DNA of 64,000 bases from Alphaproteobacteria bacterium (GCA_014190355.1 BJGH01000003.1:159315-223314), one strand, 5' to 3'. Shown: positions 25,872 through 36,842, numbered from the stretch's first letter. Notes: generated by a model not told the origin, from the letters alone. Translations and numbers: made by a program.

Positions 25872-27812
25872 ATGAGCAAAAAATCTTTAGAAAAAAAATC
25901 GGCTAAAAATAATGAAGAAAGCCCTAATTCCAAAATTTTAGTCAATTCACCTTCTTACCAAAAAAATCGAAACACAAAATTTGTTGTTAAAATTGATAAC
26001 AAGAAAGATCAAAGACTGAGCAATTTTGGTAAAGCGGTTCTTAAAGACCGTTACCTAATGCCTGACGAATCATATCAAGATCTCTTTGCCAGAGTTGCCA
26101 GCTACTACGCTGACGATCAAGAACATGCCAATCGTCTTTACGATTACATTTCTAATTTATGGTTTATGCCAGCTACCCCAGTTCTAAGCAATGGAGGGAC
26201 TGAGCGTGGTTTACCAATTTCATGTTTTTTAAACGAATCAAATGACTCTCTTTCAGGAATAGTTAATCTATGGAATGAAAATGTTCTTCTTGCGTCACGT
26301 GGAGGTGGAATTGGCAGCTTTTGGGGTAACTTACGCTCAATTGGTGAAACAGTTCGAGGTAATGGCAAAACTTCAGGAATAATTCCTTTTATAAAAGTGA
26401 TGGACTCACAAACTTTAGCAATTTCTCAAGGAAGCTTACGAAGAGGGTCTGCAGCGGTATATCTTCCAATTCATCACCCAGAAATTGAAGAATTTATTGA
26501 TTTACGAAGACCTACCGGAGGTGATCCAAATCGCCGATCATTAAACTTGCATCACGGTGTTGTAGTTACAGACGAGTTTATGCGAGCAGTTGAAAAAGAT
26601 GGTGATTTTGATTTAAAAAGCCCATATAATAATCAAACCATTGATACCGTCAAAGCCAGAGCATTATGGATTAAGCTTCTAACGGCAAGAATTGAAACCG
26701 GTGAACCTTATATTTTGTTTATCGATGCGGTAAATCGATCAATTCCGGATCACCAACAAAAGCTTGGTCTTAAAGTAAAAACTTCAAACCTCTGCAGTGA
26801 AATTACACTTCCTACTGGCTTAGATCACCTTAACAATGATCGAACTGCAGTTTGTTGTCTATCATCACTTAATCTCGAATATTACGAAGAATGGAAGGAT
26901 AATGAGTTAATCTTAATCGATGTAATGAAATTCTTAGACAATGTCTTGCAAGACTTTATTGACAAAGCTCCAGAAGGAATGGCAAAAGCCAAATATTCAG
27001 CAATGCGCGAAAGAAGTGTTGGCCTTGGAGTAATGGGTTTTCATTCTTTTTTACAAAGTAAAAATGTGCCAATGGAATCAGCAATGAGTAAAGTCTGGAA
27101 TAAGAAAATTTTCCAACATATTAAGCAAGGAGTTGATCAGGCATCAAAAATTTTAGCAGATCAAAGAGGTGCTTGTCCAGATGCTAAAGAAGCAGGAATT
27201 CAAGAGAGATTCTCAAATAAACTTGCTATTGCCCCAACCGCTTCAATATCGATTATCGCTGGTAATTCCTCTCCAGGGATTGAGCCATTTGCAGCTAACT
27301 CCTTCACTCAAAAAACTTTAACAGGATCATTTAATGTTCGTAATAAAAATTTAATAAGATTACTTGAAGAAAAAGCAAAGAATAGTGAAGATATTTGGTC
27401 ATCGATTACTATCAATGAAGGCTCAGTTCAGCATCTGGATTTTCTTGATGAACATGAAAAACTTGTATTCAAAACAGCTCAAGAAATTGATCAAAGATGG
27501 ATTATCGATCTTGCCTCAGAGCGTCAAGAATATATTTGCCAAGCTCAAAGCTTAAATATTTTTTTACCAGGCAATGTTTCCAAGAAAGTCCTTCATGAAA
27601 TTCATTTTAGAGCTTGGTATAAAGGATTAAAAAGCCTATATTATTGTCGATCAACTTCAATTCAGAGAGCTGACAAGGTTTCTAATAAAACTCAAAAAGA
27701 TGAAATGACTTTTGAGAGTATTGATTTGAATAACTCAATTAACAACAATAATAATATCAAGCTACCAACTCCTCAAAATGAAAAATATGAAGAGTGTTTA
27801 TCCTGTCAATAA
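25872..27812 (+). CDS. nrdA: Ribonucleoside-diphosphate reductase alpha subunit (class I-like, no ATP-cone)
   Basis: 646 aa. Motifs PATPVLSNGG and SCFL, active-site SNLCSEITLP, and a C-terminal Cys pair CLSCQ. Confidence 0.9.
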   Translation: MSKKSLEKKSAKNNEESPNSKILVNSPSYQKNRNTKFVVKIDNKKDQRLSNFGKAVLKDRYLMPDESYQDLFARVASYYADDQEHANRLYDYISNLWFMPATPVLSNGGTERGLPISCFLNESNDSLSGIVNLWNENVLLASRGGGIGSFWGNLRSIGETVRGNGKTSGIIPFIKVMDSQTLAISQGSLRRGSAAVYLPIHHPEIEEFIDLRRPTGGDPNRRSLNLHHGVVVTDEFMRAVEKDGDFDLKSPYNNQTIDTVKARALWIKLLTARIETGEPYILFIDAVNRSIPDHQQKLGLKVKTSNLCSEITLPTGLDHLNNDRTAVCCLSSLNLEYYEEWKDNELILIDVMKFLDNVLQDFIDKAPEGMAKAKYSAMRERSVGLGVMGFHSFLQSKNVPMESAMSKVWNKKIFQHIKQGVDQASKILADQRGACPDAKEAGIQERFSNKLAIAPTASISIIAGNSSPGIEPFAANSFTQKTLTGSFNVRNKNLIRLLEEKAKNSEDIWSSITINEGSVQHLDFLDEHEKLVFKTAQEIDQRWIIDLASERQEYICQAQSLNIFLPGNVSKKVLHEIHFRAWYKGLKSLYYCRSTSIQRADKVSNKTQKDEMTFESIDLNNSINNNNNIKLPTPQNEKYEECLSCQ

Positions 27813-28338
27813 AAAACGATAACTTCAATGTTAATTCTTGGCACTCTTATAACAAAATTTAGGAGTTTAAAAAATTTCCTTAACTTTTTATAAAAAATTT
27901 TAAGATAAACAAGGGGTTGTTTTTAATAACTAAAAATTAATATTTTAAAATTTTTTATTTTAAAATATTTAATTTAGTAACTGTTAACAAAAACTCTTAT
28001 GAAAATTATTTTTATAAACAATTTAGATTAAAATATTTTGATTTAAATAATTTAATCAATTTTTACCAACTTTTTATTTTAGATTTTTAAAATCTTTTAA
28101 AGAATAATTAGCTTTTCTCTTGCAAGACCAAATTTGTAGGAGATTGAAATTTGACCATTAATTCAATAATCTTATTGAAAAAAATAATAACCAAATAATT
28201 TAATAATAAAAAAATAATTTCAAAATAAATTAAAGAAATTTTTTGATATAAAAATATAAGTTGAAAAATAAATTTACCAATATATACATTATTTTAAATT
28301 AACTTTTTTTAACTTAAAACCATTAAAAATACTTATCA

Positions 28339-28872
28339 ATGACATCATCGCCAACAAAATACACGGAATTAATTTTAAAAGAAAAGGAAGAGCTTGAAAT
28401 ACGCTCAGCAATTACTAAAAGCGATATTGAATTATTTGAAAATTTGGTTAACGAAAGCAATTGCAACGCCATAATGAATTCAGATTTAGGCGAATTAATT
28501 GTTACAACTGATAAAGAAAATTCCCCTAAAATGCTTCAGTGTCTTTTAGATAAAGGAGCTAAAATCAATAATTATAATAAAGGATCTGGTCAAACGGCTC
28601 TTACTATGGCATTATTATTAAATAAAGACAAATTAGCTACAATTTTAATTAACAATTCTTGTGGTATAGAGATTAAAAATAAAGATGGCTTTACACCCGA
28701 TAAAATAGCATTTATTTTAAAAAAAAAATCTATAAGAGAAGAAATCTCTAAAAAAATACACCCAAGTTATACATTAGCTAAATATGCTAAAACTCAAACT
28801 CTAGAAAAACTTAAAAAAACTTATAAAAATTTAAAAAAATTTAAACCAACTCTTCCTCAAATTCGAGAATAA
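28339..28872 (+). CDS. Ankyrin-repeat protein (effector candidate)
   Basis: 177 aa. Two recognisable ANK repeats (...MLQCLLDKGAKINNYNKGSGQTALTMALLLNKDKLATILINNSCGIEIKNKDGFTPDKIA). It is flanked by long AT-rich spacers. Confidence 0.75.
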   Translation: MTSSPTKYTELILKEKEELEIRSAITKSDIELFENLVNESNCNAIMNSDLGELIVTTDKENSPKMLQCLLDKGAKINNYNKGSGQTALTMALLLNKDKLATILINNSCGIEIKNKDGFTPDKIAFILKKKSIREEISKKIHPSYTLAKYAKTQTLEKLKKTYKNLKKFKPTLPQIRE

Positions 28873-28928
28873 AAAACAAATAATTTTCTATTTAGAAAAT
28901 TTAAAAGATTTTCTCTGTAGAAAAATTT

Positions 28929-30071
28929 TTATTTAAAAAACTCTCCCATTTTTTTGAAAAAACTTTCCGATTTTGGATTATTAGTTTTGTCTTGTAATAA
29001 TTTATCAAGCTTCTCAAATAGTTCCCGTTCTTGAGCTGAGAGCTTTACAGGTGTCTCGATATTTATTTTGACATACATATCACCCCTTCTTCCCCCTGAA
29101 TTCATAACACTCATACCTTTTGATTTTAAACGGAATTGGTCTTGATTTTGTGAACCTGCAGGAATTTGTAGTTTAGCCTTCGAACCATCAATTGATGGAA
29201 TCTCAATAGATCCACCAAGTGCAGCAGTAGTGAAACGCATTGGCATTTCAAAATAAATATCATCATTTTTTCTTATAAAAAATTCATGTTTACGAATTGC
29301 TACATAAACATATAAATCGCCAGCTACTCCTCCTCTAACCCCCGCTTCTCCTTCACCACTTAAACGAATTCTGTTACCTTCCTCAACTCCTGCAGGAATT
29401 TTTACTGATAGAGTTCGATCCTTATTAACTCTACCTTCACCATTACATTTTTTGCAAGGATTTTTGATTATCTGGCCAGTTCCATGACAAGTGGTACAAG
29501 TTCTTTCGACGATAAAAAAACCTTGTTGAGCTCTTATTCTTCCGCTTCCCTTACATGTTGGACAATCAATTGGCTTTTCATTATTTTCACTACCAGTTCC
29601 ATGGCATGAATCACAGGTGCTAGCAATTTTAAAAGAGATTTTTTCAGTTGTTCCTTTAAATGCCTCTTCCAAGGAGATTTCCAGATTATAACGAATATCC
29701 GAACCCTGCTGTTCAGCACTTCTTTTTTTGCCCTGACGCTTTCCACCCATTTCACCAAAAATATCAGTGAAATTGCTAAAAATATCATTAAAATCAAAAC
29801 CATCGAAACCTTGATTAAATCCACCACCTCCCGAGAAACCACCCTGCCCTTGGGCTTGATGACCATAACGATCATATGCACTTCGCTTATCATCATCTTT
29901 TAAAACTTCATAAGCTTCAGTTGCTTCTTTGAATTTATCTTCTGCTTCTTTATTTCCGGGATTACGATCAGGGTGGTATTGCATCGCTAATTTGCGATAA
30001 GCTTTTTTTATTTCATCAGCTGAAGCACTTTTCCCAACACCTAGGATTTCATAATAATCTCTTTTGCTCAT
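28929..30071 (-). CDS. dnaJ: Molecular chaperone DnaJ
   Basis: J-domain DYYEILGV...YHPDRN, a G/F region, four CxxCxGxG zinc-finger motifs and a C-terminal substrate-binding domain. Confidence 0.95.
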   Translation of the reverse strand: MSKRDYYEILGVGKSASADEIKKAYRKLAMQYHPDRNPGNKEAEDKFKEATEAYEVLKDDDKRSAYDRYGHQAQGQGGFSGGGGFNQGFDGFDFNDIFSNFTDIFGEMGGKRQGKKRSAEQQGSDIRYNLEISLEEAFKGTTEKISFKIASTCDSCHGTGSENNEKPIDCPTCKGSGRIRAQQGFFIVERTCTTCHGTGQIIKNPCKKCNGEGRVNKDRTLSVKIPAGVEEGNRIRLSGEGEAGVRGGVAGDLYVYVAIRKHEFFIRKNDDIYFEMPMRFTTAALGGSIEIPSIDGSKAKLQIPAGSQNQDQFRLKSKGMSVMNSGGRRGDMYVKINIETPVKLSAQERELFEKLDKLLQDKTNNPKSESFFKKMGEFFK

Positions 30072-30406
30072 TATTTTTGAGTTTAAATTAAGTTAATTTG
30101 TGATAAAATTTAATAACATTTTGCATTTCTAAATGCTTTAAGAAAAATATTTAAATTATAATTGCCTGTTTTTGAAAAAAAATATTAAAAAAACAAACTC
30201 CCATTAACTATAATTTATTTTTAAAGATTTTATCTTAAAATTTTGTGATATTTTGATTTAAATACAAGAAATGTTACAAGACATTGGAATTATTTTCCTC
30301 CCAAGTAATGTTTCGTTACTCAGTAAATCTAGAATTTTTACCTTTAATAAATTAAGAATTATTGTTTAGATTTGCAAGTGTTGAATTTAAAAAAACTTTT
30401 AAATTT

Positions 30407-31030
30407 TTATAAATTTTTTAACCAATTTAAAAATTTTTCAAAAGCTAATGCGCGATGAGAGATTTGATGCTTGAAATAAGGTTGTAATTGAGCAAATGTT
30501 TGAGCCATTCCATCTTTAATAAAAATTGGATCATAACCAAAACCAAATTCGCCAATTGGTTTGAAACTAATCTTTCCATCAACTCGCCCTTCAAAATTTT
30601 TAGCGAGATTGGTTTTAGGATCAAAAAAAGACAAATCGCAAATGAAGCAGGCTTTAGCTATTTTATCGTCATTGAATCCTAACTTAGCTAACTCTTTGAA
30701 GATTTTTTCAAAAGCAAAAGGGAAATTTTTTTGACCAGTTTTCGGATCAATAGCATATCTTGCCGAATAAACCCCAGGCTGATTATTAAGAGGTAAAATA
30801 CATAAACCAGAATCATCGGCTAAGGATGGAAGGTTAGTTTTTTGGGCATAATATTTAGCTTTCAGTAGTGAATTTTGGGCAAATGTTTGACCAGTCTCAT
30901 TAGGCTCAGCAATGTTAAATGACAAAGGCGAAATAGCTTTGATGTTGATATGTTCGAGCAGGGAAGTTATTTCCTTGATTTTCCCTAAATTATTACTTGC
31001 TACTAGGATTTCTTGATATTTTTTTGACAC
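30407..31030 (-). CDS. rdgB: dITP/XTP pyrophosphatase (RdgB/Ham1 family)
   Basis: 207 aa with a GTG start. Motifs ILVASNNLGKIKE, ETG.TF..NS..KA, GFGYDPIF, SHRA. Confidence 0.88.
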   Translation of the reverse strand: MSKKYQEILVASNNLGKIKEITSLLEHINIKAISPLSFNIAEPNETGQTFAQNSLLKAKYYAQKTNLPSLADDSGLCILPLNNQPGVYSARYAIDPKTGQKNFPFAFEKIFKELAKLGFNDDKIAKACFICDLSFFDPKTNLAKNFEGRVDGKISFKPIGEFGFGYDPIFIKDGMAQTFAQLQPYFKHQISHRALAFEKFLNWLKNL

Positions 31031-31239
31031 TCGAGTGAAGTTTAAAAGTTTAAGGTTTTGAAATTTTTGAGATTTTAAAAACCTAAAATTAACAATTATT
31101 TAAGAAGATTAATAATTAGTTAATTCTAACAAAGAATCTTAGCAACTCTTAAAAACTATCTAGTATTAATATTAAAGAAAACAGCCTTTGTCCCAAAGTT
31201 TATAAGCTAAGCTTGGCAAGCTTGGATTTATTTTATTAT

Positions 31240-31605
31240 TTACGCTTGAGCTTCACTAGCCTTGGCTTCTTGTTCTTTAGCTAGTTTTTCTTTAGCTTTT
31301 TTCTTTAGATTTGAACCTTTAGCTTTTGGTTTATAGTTTGGCTTGTATTTTTCAGCACCTTTAACACCCAGATTAATTAAGAATTTAGCAACTCTTTCGC
31401 TTGGCTGAGCACCAACAGTTAACCAATGTTCAATGCGCTCTTTGTTAATAACAACTCTTTTTTCATCGCTATCACCAAGTAAAGGGTTGTAAGTTCCAAG
31501 TTTTTCAATGAACTTAGAATCACGTGGAGAAGTGCTATTTGTAACTAAAATACGATAGAAAGGAACACCTTTTCTACCACCTAAAGAAAGACGAATTTTT
31601 AACAT
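31240..31605 (-). CDS. rpsP: 30S ribosomal protein S16 with a Lys/Ala-rich C-terminal extension
   Basis: MLKIRLSLGGRKGVPFYRILV...GTYNPL is the S16 core. The extra C-terminal tail is basic. Confidence 0.93.
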   Translation of the reverse strand: MLKIRLSLGGRKGVPFYRILVTNSTSPRDSKFIEKLGTYNPLLGDSDEKRVVINKERIEHWLTVGAQPSERVAKFLINLGVKGAEKYKPNYKPKAKGSNLKKKAKEKLAKEQEAKASEAQA

Positions 31606-31708
31606 TTGAATAATTATTTTATATTTTTTGACAGTAAGGATTTGATGATTTTAATGTCTTAAGAAATAATTACAAGCAAAAAAATTAATAGTTTTATTTA
31701 AAATCTTT

Positions 31709-32284
31709 TTACTCAACTTTGGCTTGCAATAATTCTTCGATTTTTTTGATTAATTTTTCATCTTCAGGAGCTGTGGTTGAGGCAAAGTAATCAACCAAAT
31801 TGCCACTGCGATCAACCAAATATTTATGAAAATTCCACTTCGGTGCAGTTCCAAAACCTAAAGTTTTTTTAGCTTGCAAATAGAATTGATGAGCATTATC
31901 TCCACTAACAACCTCTTTTCTTGCTACCGGAAAACTTAAACCATAATTATACTTACAAAATTTTTGAATTTCTTCGTCTTTTTCAAATTCCTGTCCACCA
32001 AAATCAGCACTAGGTACAGCAATAATGACCAAACCCTGCTCTTGATATTTTTTATATAATTTTTCTAAACCTGCATATTGTTTAGTAAATCCACATTTTG
32101 AAGCGGTATTAATGACCAGCAAAACCTTACCCTTAAAATCACTAAGCAATAAATCTTTACCATCAAATTGCTTGAATTTAAATTGATAAAAATTAACATT
32201 TTTAGCTTGAGAATCTTTGGCTTGAAATATTGAGAATATTGACATAGAGCAGAAAATAATAATTAGGGATTTGCAAAACTTCAT
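31709..32284 (-). CDS. Glutathione peroxidase (Cys-type) with signal peptide
   Basis: Motifs VLLVINTASKCGFT, FPVARKEVVSG and KWNFHKYLV. The N-terminus is hydrophobic and signal-like. Confidence 0.9.
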   Translation of the reverse strand: MKFCKSLIIIFCSMSIFSIFQAKDSQAKNVNFYQFKFKQFDGKDLLLSDFKGKVLLVINTASKCGFTKQYAGLEKLYKKYQEQGLVIIAVPSADFGGQEFEKDEEIQKFCKYNYGLSFPVARKEVVSGDNAHQFYLQAKKTLGFGTAPKWNFHKYLVDRSGNLVDYFASTTAPEDEKLIKKIEELLQAKVE

Positions 32285-32429
32285 AACTTTTAAACTTTTA
32301 ATTTTTTCTTATTTGTTTTTTTTAAGTTATTATCCTTGCAAAAAATTATTTTAAAAGATAAATTTGGAAAAATTTTTAAAATATTTTTACTTAAAATCAA
32401 AAAATTTAGGCAAAAGAAATATCAAAAAA

Positions 32430-34151
32430 ATGTATAAACTCTCAGCAAAAAAACTCCACAAACCCTTCAGTAACAAAATTGATGAGGGTAATTTCTTTTA
32501 TTATGTAAAAAAAGTTTTGCAAGCTGATAAACCGATTTTTATCACTGCCATAACATACGGCGTAATCATCAGTATCTTAAGTTTAGCTACCCCAATTTGC
32601 GTTCAACTACTGATCAATTCAGTTGCTTTTACAGCATTATTTCAACCAATCCTCGTCTTGGGTTTCATTTTGTTAATTCTGGTTGGGTTATATGGTTTAG
32701 CAAATATTTTACAATTTCACGTTAGCGAAATTTTTCAAAGAAGATTTTTTGCAAGAATGGGTTATGAAGTTGGTATGTCTTTACTTAACGCTAATCATCG
32801 CGATTTTGAAGAAGCCAATCAAACCGAATTAGTCAATCGTTTTTTTGAAACTATGGCAATTCAAAAAACCATTCCCAAACTTTTAAATAAAACTTTTACC
32901 ACTTTCTTCCAATCAATTATCAGCTTATTGCTAATTGCCTGTTATCATCCCTTTTTTCTAGTTTTTACAATTGGCATTCCCTTCGCAGTTTATGTGGTCT
33001 GGAAAACTTCCGCTTCAAAAGCAATTGAGCATCAAGTCATTGAAAGTCGCAGAAAATATGATTTAATTGGCTGGTTTGAAGATATAGCTCGAAACCATCT
33101 TTTATTCAAATCAAGCACTGGCAGAGATTATGCCAAATACAAAATTGATTTTATCACAGGACTTTACCTTGAGGAAAGAAAAAAACATTTTCGCTATCTC
33201 TTTCGCCAAGTAATTTCCCTTTTCATTCTTTACGCTTTAGCTACTACTTTGCTTTTAGTTCTAGGTGGATGGTTATTTTTGAAAGGACAACTAAGCTTAG
33301 GGCAGTTAGTTGCATCAGAATTAATAATTTCGGCAATCTTATACAACATTGCTACTCTTGGTCGAGATTTTGAAAATTTTTATGATCTTATTGCCTCAAG
33401 CGAAAAACTTTCACAATTTCAAAATATCCCTCGTGATCATAAGAAAAATCAAGAAGTTGACGAGGTTATCAATGAAGTTTGTTTTGAGCGAGTGCTTTAT
33501 CGCCAAGGTATCTGTGATTTTCAATTTGATTTGAATTTTCTAAAGGGTAAAAATTATTTACTTTTCACTAATGGCTATTCAACTAAAAAAATTATCATCG
33601 AGATGCTTTTAGGGCTCACTCAACCTATCTCGGGAATGATTGCTATCAACACTAAAAATCTTAACGATCTAGATGCCTATCAGCTCAGATCACAAATTGC
33701 CGTGATTGATAATTCACCTTTTATTGAAGGAACTCTTCGTGAATATTTGACTTTCAATCACGAAAATATTTCGCAAAATTACATCATGATTGTTTTGGAA
33801 AATGTTGGTTTAGCCCAGACAATTCTTAATCATAGCGAAGGTATAGATTTAAGAATTTTACCAAATGGTTGGCCTTTTAGCGAATCAGAAAAAATTCTTT
33901 TAAAAATTGCCCGAGCCTTAATTCACAAGCCTCAGATTATTATTGCTGATGAAGTTTTAGACATGCTTGCTGAAAAAATTCGTCAAAAAGTTTTAACTTA
34001 TTTGACCCTTGAGCATCGCGGAATGTTTTTGTATTTTTCTCATCGCTATGACAATCTGGACAGCTTTGAAAATAAAATTTTTATTGAAAAAAATTTTAGC
34101 AAAAATATTAATGATCTTAACGACCTAAATCAATTTATTGAAGGACAATGA
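32430..34151 (+). CDS. ABC exporter (fused TMD-NBD, type I secretion-like) with a degenerate nucleotide-binding domain
   Basis: The N-terminal part is a six-helix ABC membrane domain. The C-terminal domain is collinear with ABC ATPases. It reads FTNGYSTKK where Walker A GxxGxGK(S/T) is expected, and FSESEK where LSGGQ is expected. Walker B IIIADE and H-loop FSHR are retained. The ATG at 32430 is preferred over the TTG at 32364. Confidence 0.8.
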   Translation: MYKLSAKKLHKPFSNKIDEGNFFYYVKKVLQADKPIFITAITYGVIISILSLATPICVQLLINSVAFTALFQPILVLGFILLILVGLYGLANILQFHVSEIFQRRFFARMGYEVGMSLLNANHRDFEEANQTELVNRFFETMAIQKTIPKLLNKTFTTFFQSIISLLLIACYHPFFLVFTIGIPFAVYVVWKTSASKAIEHQVIESRRKYDLIGWFEDIARNHLLFKSSTGRDYAKYKIDFITGLYLEERKKHFRYLFRQVISLFILYALATTLLLVLGGWLFLKGQLSLGQLVASELIISAILYNIATLGRDFENFYDLIASSEKLSQFQNIPRDHKKNQEVDEVINEVCFERVLYRQGICDFQFDLNFLKGKNYLLFTNGYSTKKIIIEMLLGLTQPISGMIAINTKNLNDLDAYQLRSQIAVIDNSPFIEGTLREYLTFNHENISQNYIMIVLENVGLAQTILNHSEGIDLRILPNGWPFSESEKILLKIARALIHKPQIIIADEVLDMLAEKIRQKVLTYLTLEHRGMFLYFSHRYDNLDSFENKIFIEKNFSKNINDLNDLNQFIEGQ

Positions 34152-35197
34152 CCAATAAAAAAAATAATGATCTTGAAGCTTTCTCAAACTTAAAGCAAAT
34201 TAAACTACCCAATGCAGTTGAAGTTCTTGCAAAAAGCTTGTTAATAGGTGTTGGGGTACTTTTATTTTTTTTAATTATCACCCCTTGGCAACAAACTGCA
34301 AAAGGCTTTGGCTATGTCATTGCCAACGATCCAAATGATCGCGCTCAAGAAATTAATTCACCAATAAATGGCAAAATAAAAAAATGGTATGTTAGCGATG
34401 GCGCGAAGGTTAAACAAAATGATGTAATTGCCGAAATCATTGACAATGATCCACAAATCCTTGAGCGAATTCGGAGCGAACGAGATGCTAAAAAACGTAA
34501 ACTGCAAGTTGCACAAATTGCCTCTTCAACTGCTAAAATTAATTATGAGCGTCAAGAAGAATTGCTAAACAAAGGCTTGAGTTCTCGTAAAGATTTTGAA
34601 GAAGCCAAAATTGAATATAAGAAATTATTATCAGCTATGGAAGCAGTTGCTTCAGAAGTTGCTGAAAGCGAAACTAAATTATCGCGTCAAGAAAATCAGA
34701 TTATCTACGCTCCAAAAGATGGGGTAATTTTAAAAGTTTTACCGGGAAATAATGCGACAATCGTCAAAGCTGGCGATAAAATAGCGACCTTTGCTCCAAC
34801 CCTCAGCGATCCAGCTATTGAGCTTTATGTCAATAGTAACGACATTCCTTTAATTTACGAGGGAAGAAAAGTTCGTTTGCAATTTGAAGGCTGGCCAGCA
34901 GTTCAGATGAGTGGATGGCCATCATTAGCAATTGGGACATTTGCAGGAGTGGTTAGCGCTATTGATTCATCAATTTCTGAAAATGGTAAATTTCGTATTA
35001 TCATCAAAAAAGATCAAAATAAAAATTGGGAAAATTGGCCAGACCAAAGATTTTTACGTCATGGCAGTAAAGTTTACGGCTGGGTTTTACTGAACTCTGT
35101 TCAACTTGGCTATGAGATTTGGCGCCAAATTAATAGCTTCCCTGCTGAGTTTGATCAGAGCGTTATCAATCCCAAACAATTAAAAAAAGATGAGTAA
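34148..35197 (+). CDS. HlyD-family membrane fusion (periplasmic adaptor) protein
   Basis: 349 aa. N-terminal TM anchor, lipoyl-like hairpin (INSPINGKIKKWYVSDGAKVKQNDVIAEI), coiled-coil segment and beta-barrel C-terminus. An ATGA overlap with the upstream ABC gene is present. Confidence 0.8.
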   Translation: MTNKKNNDLEAFSNLKQIKLPNAVEVLAKSLLIGVGVLLFFLIITPWQQTAKGFGYVIANDPNDRAQEINSPINGKIKKWYVSDGAKVKQNDVIAEIIDNDPQILERIRSERDAKKRKLQVAQIASSTAKINYERQEELLNKGLSSRKDFEEAKIEYKKLLSAMEAVASEVAESETKLSRQENQIIYAPKDGVILKVLPGNNATIVKAGDKIATFAPTLSDPAIELYVNSNDIPLIYEGRKVRLQFEGWPAVQMSGWPSLAIGTFAGVVSAIDSSISENGKFRIIIKKDQNKNWENWPDQRFLRHGSKVYGWVLLNSVQLGYEIWRQINSFPAEFDQSVINPKQLKKDE

Positions 35198-36842
35198 GAA
35201 AAATTTTTTTACCAGTAGTTTTTTAATTATCACATTGCTCAATCTCAATTTTTTACTTAACTCATCAAATGCTCAGAACCCAACTTCGTCAAGCCAAGTT
35301 GCAAGCGAGCTTAATGTTCAAGATTTGCCTGATCAAAATAACAATGGCTCAAAAAACTTATTAACAAAAAAACCCACCAAAGAAAACAATCAACCAAAAA
35401 AATCTGATAACCACAAAGATAAAATTACTCTTGAAAACATTGCCAATGACACTTCGCATGTTCATCAAAAATTAGTAAATAATGATAAAAATGTTAAGAC
35501 TGTTAGCTTAGATGAAGTTGTAAAATCAGCCATAAAAAATTACCCAAAAATTCTTTCACATTACGACAAAATTCGCTCATTAGAGTCTGACCTTCTTGCT
35601 TCAAAAGGTTTTTTTGATATTCGTCTAAAACAAAATTATTCAGCAAAAACTCGTGGCTATTATGATGGCAAAACTTACGATGCTGAAATTGAAAAATATC
35701 TTGGAGCTTTAGGAAGCAAGGTTTATTCTGGCTATCGCAAATCATATGGCAAATTTGCCGAATATGATGGTCAAAAACTCACCAACTCACAAGGCGAATT
35801 TCGTGCAGGTGCAAAATTTTCATTACTAAAAGATCGCGATATTGATGACAATCGTCTTGCCATTATTCTTGGCAATCTAGGCATAGAGGAAGGTAAAATT
35901 GAGTTAGAAAATATCAAAATGGAAATCGCTCGAGATGCAACTAAAGCCTATTGGTCTTGGGTAACATCGGGAAAGATTCTTCAAATTTATGAAGATCTTT
36001 ATCAACTTTCTTTAAATCGTCAAAAACAACTTCAAGCAAGAGCTAAGCAAGGCGATATTGCTGAAATTGTAGTTGTTGAAAATCGTAAAAATCTTTTAAA
36101 ACGTAAAGCATCATTGGTCAAAATTCGCCAAGAATTTGAAAGCGATTGTTTGTATCTGTCATTATTTTACCGCGATGAAGAGTCCAAGCCGATAGTTACT
36201 AGTCTTGCCAATTTAGCAAAAATTCCTTCAACTCTTCCCAAACCTCCAAATGAAAAAGAGTTTAAAAATAGTCAAGAATTAGCTTTGAATAAACGCCCTG
36301 AAATTCGTTTGCTTAAAATTAAAAATGATGAAGAAAGCAATAAATTAAAGCTTGCCAAAAACTCGCTTCAACCGCAATTAGATGTTGACGTAGGAGCATC
36401 AAAAGATCAAGGTGCAGGACCAATATCTCGTAGCGAAGCCAATAATTATGCCAATATCACCATGTCAATGCCTCTTCAGCTTCGCGAAGCTCGTGGAAAA
36501 GTTGGTTCTAGCGAAGCAAAAATCAGCGCTTTAAAATATCAAAGATCACTTTTGGAAGATCAAATTAAAGTTGAAATTGATCAGATTTTAGTCAAGGTTC
36601 TTATGATCAACGAAACTCACAATCTCTTAAGCGAAGAAGTTAAACTCGCCGAAATTCTACAAAATTCTGAGGTTGAAAAATTTAAACACGGAGCAAGCAA
36701 TTTCTTTTTAGTAAACATTCGCGAACAAGATCTCGCCTCATCTAAAGCAGCATTGGCCGAGGTTTACAAAGAATATCAAAACTCACTAGCAGACTACAAA
36801 CTAGCCGTATTTGATAATAAAGATATCGTCGAATTAAAATAA
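35190..36842 (+). CDS. TolC-family outer membrane channel protein
   Basis: 550 aa. Signal peptide, then a low-complexity N-terminal linker, then two repeated alpha/beta halves typical of outer membrane efflux proteins (SLDEVVKSAIKNYPKI... and ALNKRPEIRLLK...). It overlaps the HlyD-like gene by 8 nt. Confidence 0.78.
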   Translation: MSKKNFFTSSFLIITLLNLNFLLNSSNAQNPTSSSQVASELNVQDLPDQNNNGSKNLLTKKPTKENNQPKKSDNHKDKITLENIANDTSHVHQKLVNNDKNVKTVSLDEVVKSAIKNYPKILSHYDKIRSLESDLLASKGFFDIRLKQNYSAKTRGYYDGKTYDAEIEKYLGALGSKVYSGYRKSYGKFAEYDGQKLTNSQGEFRAGAKFSLLKDRDIDDNRLAIILGNLGIEEGKIELENIKMEIARDATKAYWSWVTSGKILQIYEDLYQLSLNRQKQLQARAKQGDIAEIVVVENRKNLLKRKASLVKIRQEFESDCLYLSLFYRDEESKPIVTSLANLAKIPSTLPKPPNEKEFKNSQELALNKRPEIRLLKIKNDEESNKLKLAKNSLQPQLDVDVGASKDQGAGPISRSEANNYANITMSMPLQLREARGKVGSSEAKISALKYQRSLLEDQIKVEIDQILVKVLMINETHNLLSEEVKLAEILQNSEVEKFKHGASNFFLVNIREQDLASSKAALAEVYKEYQNSLADYKLAVFDNKDIVELK

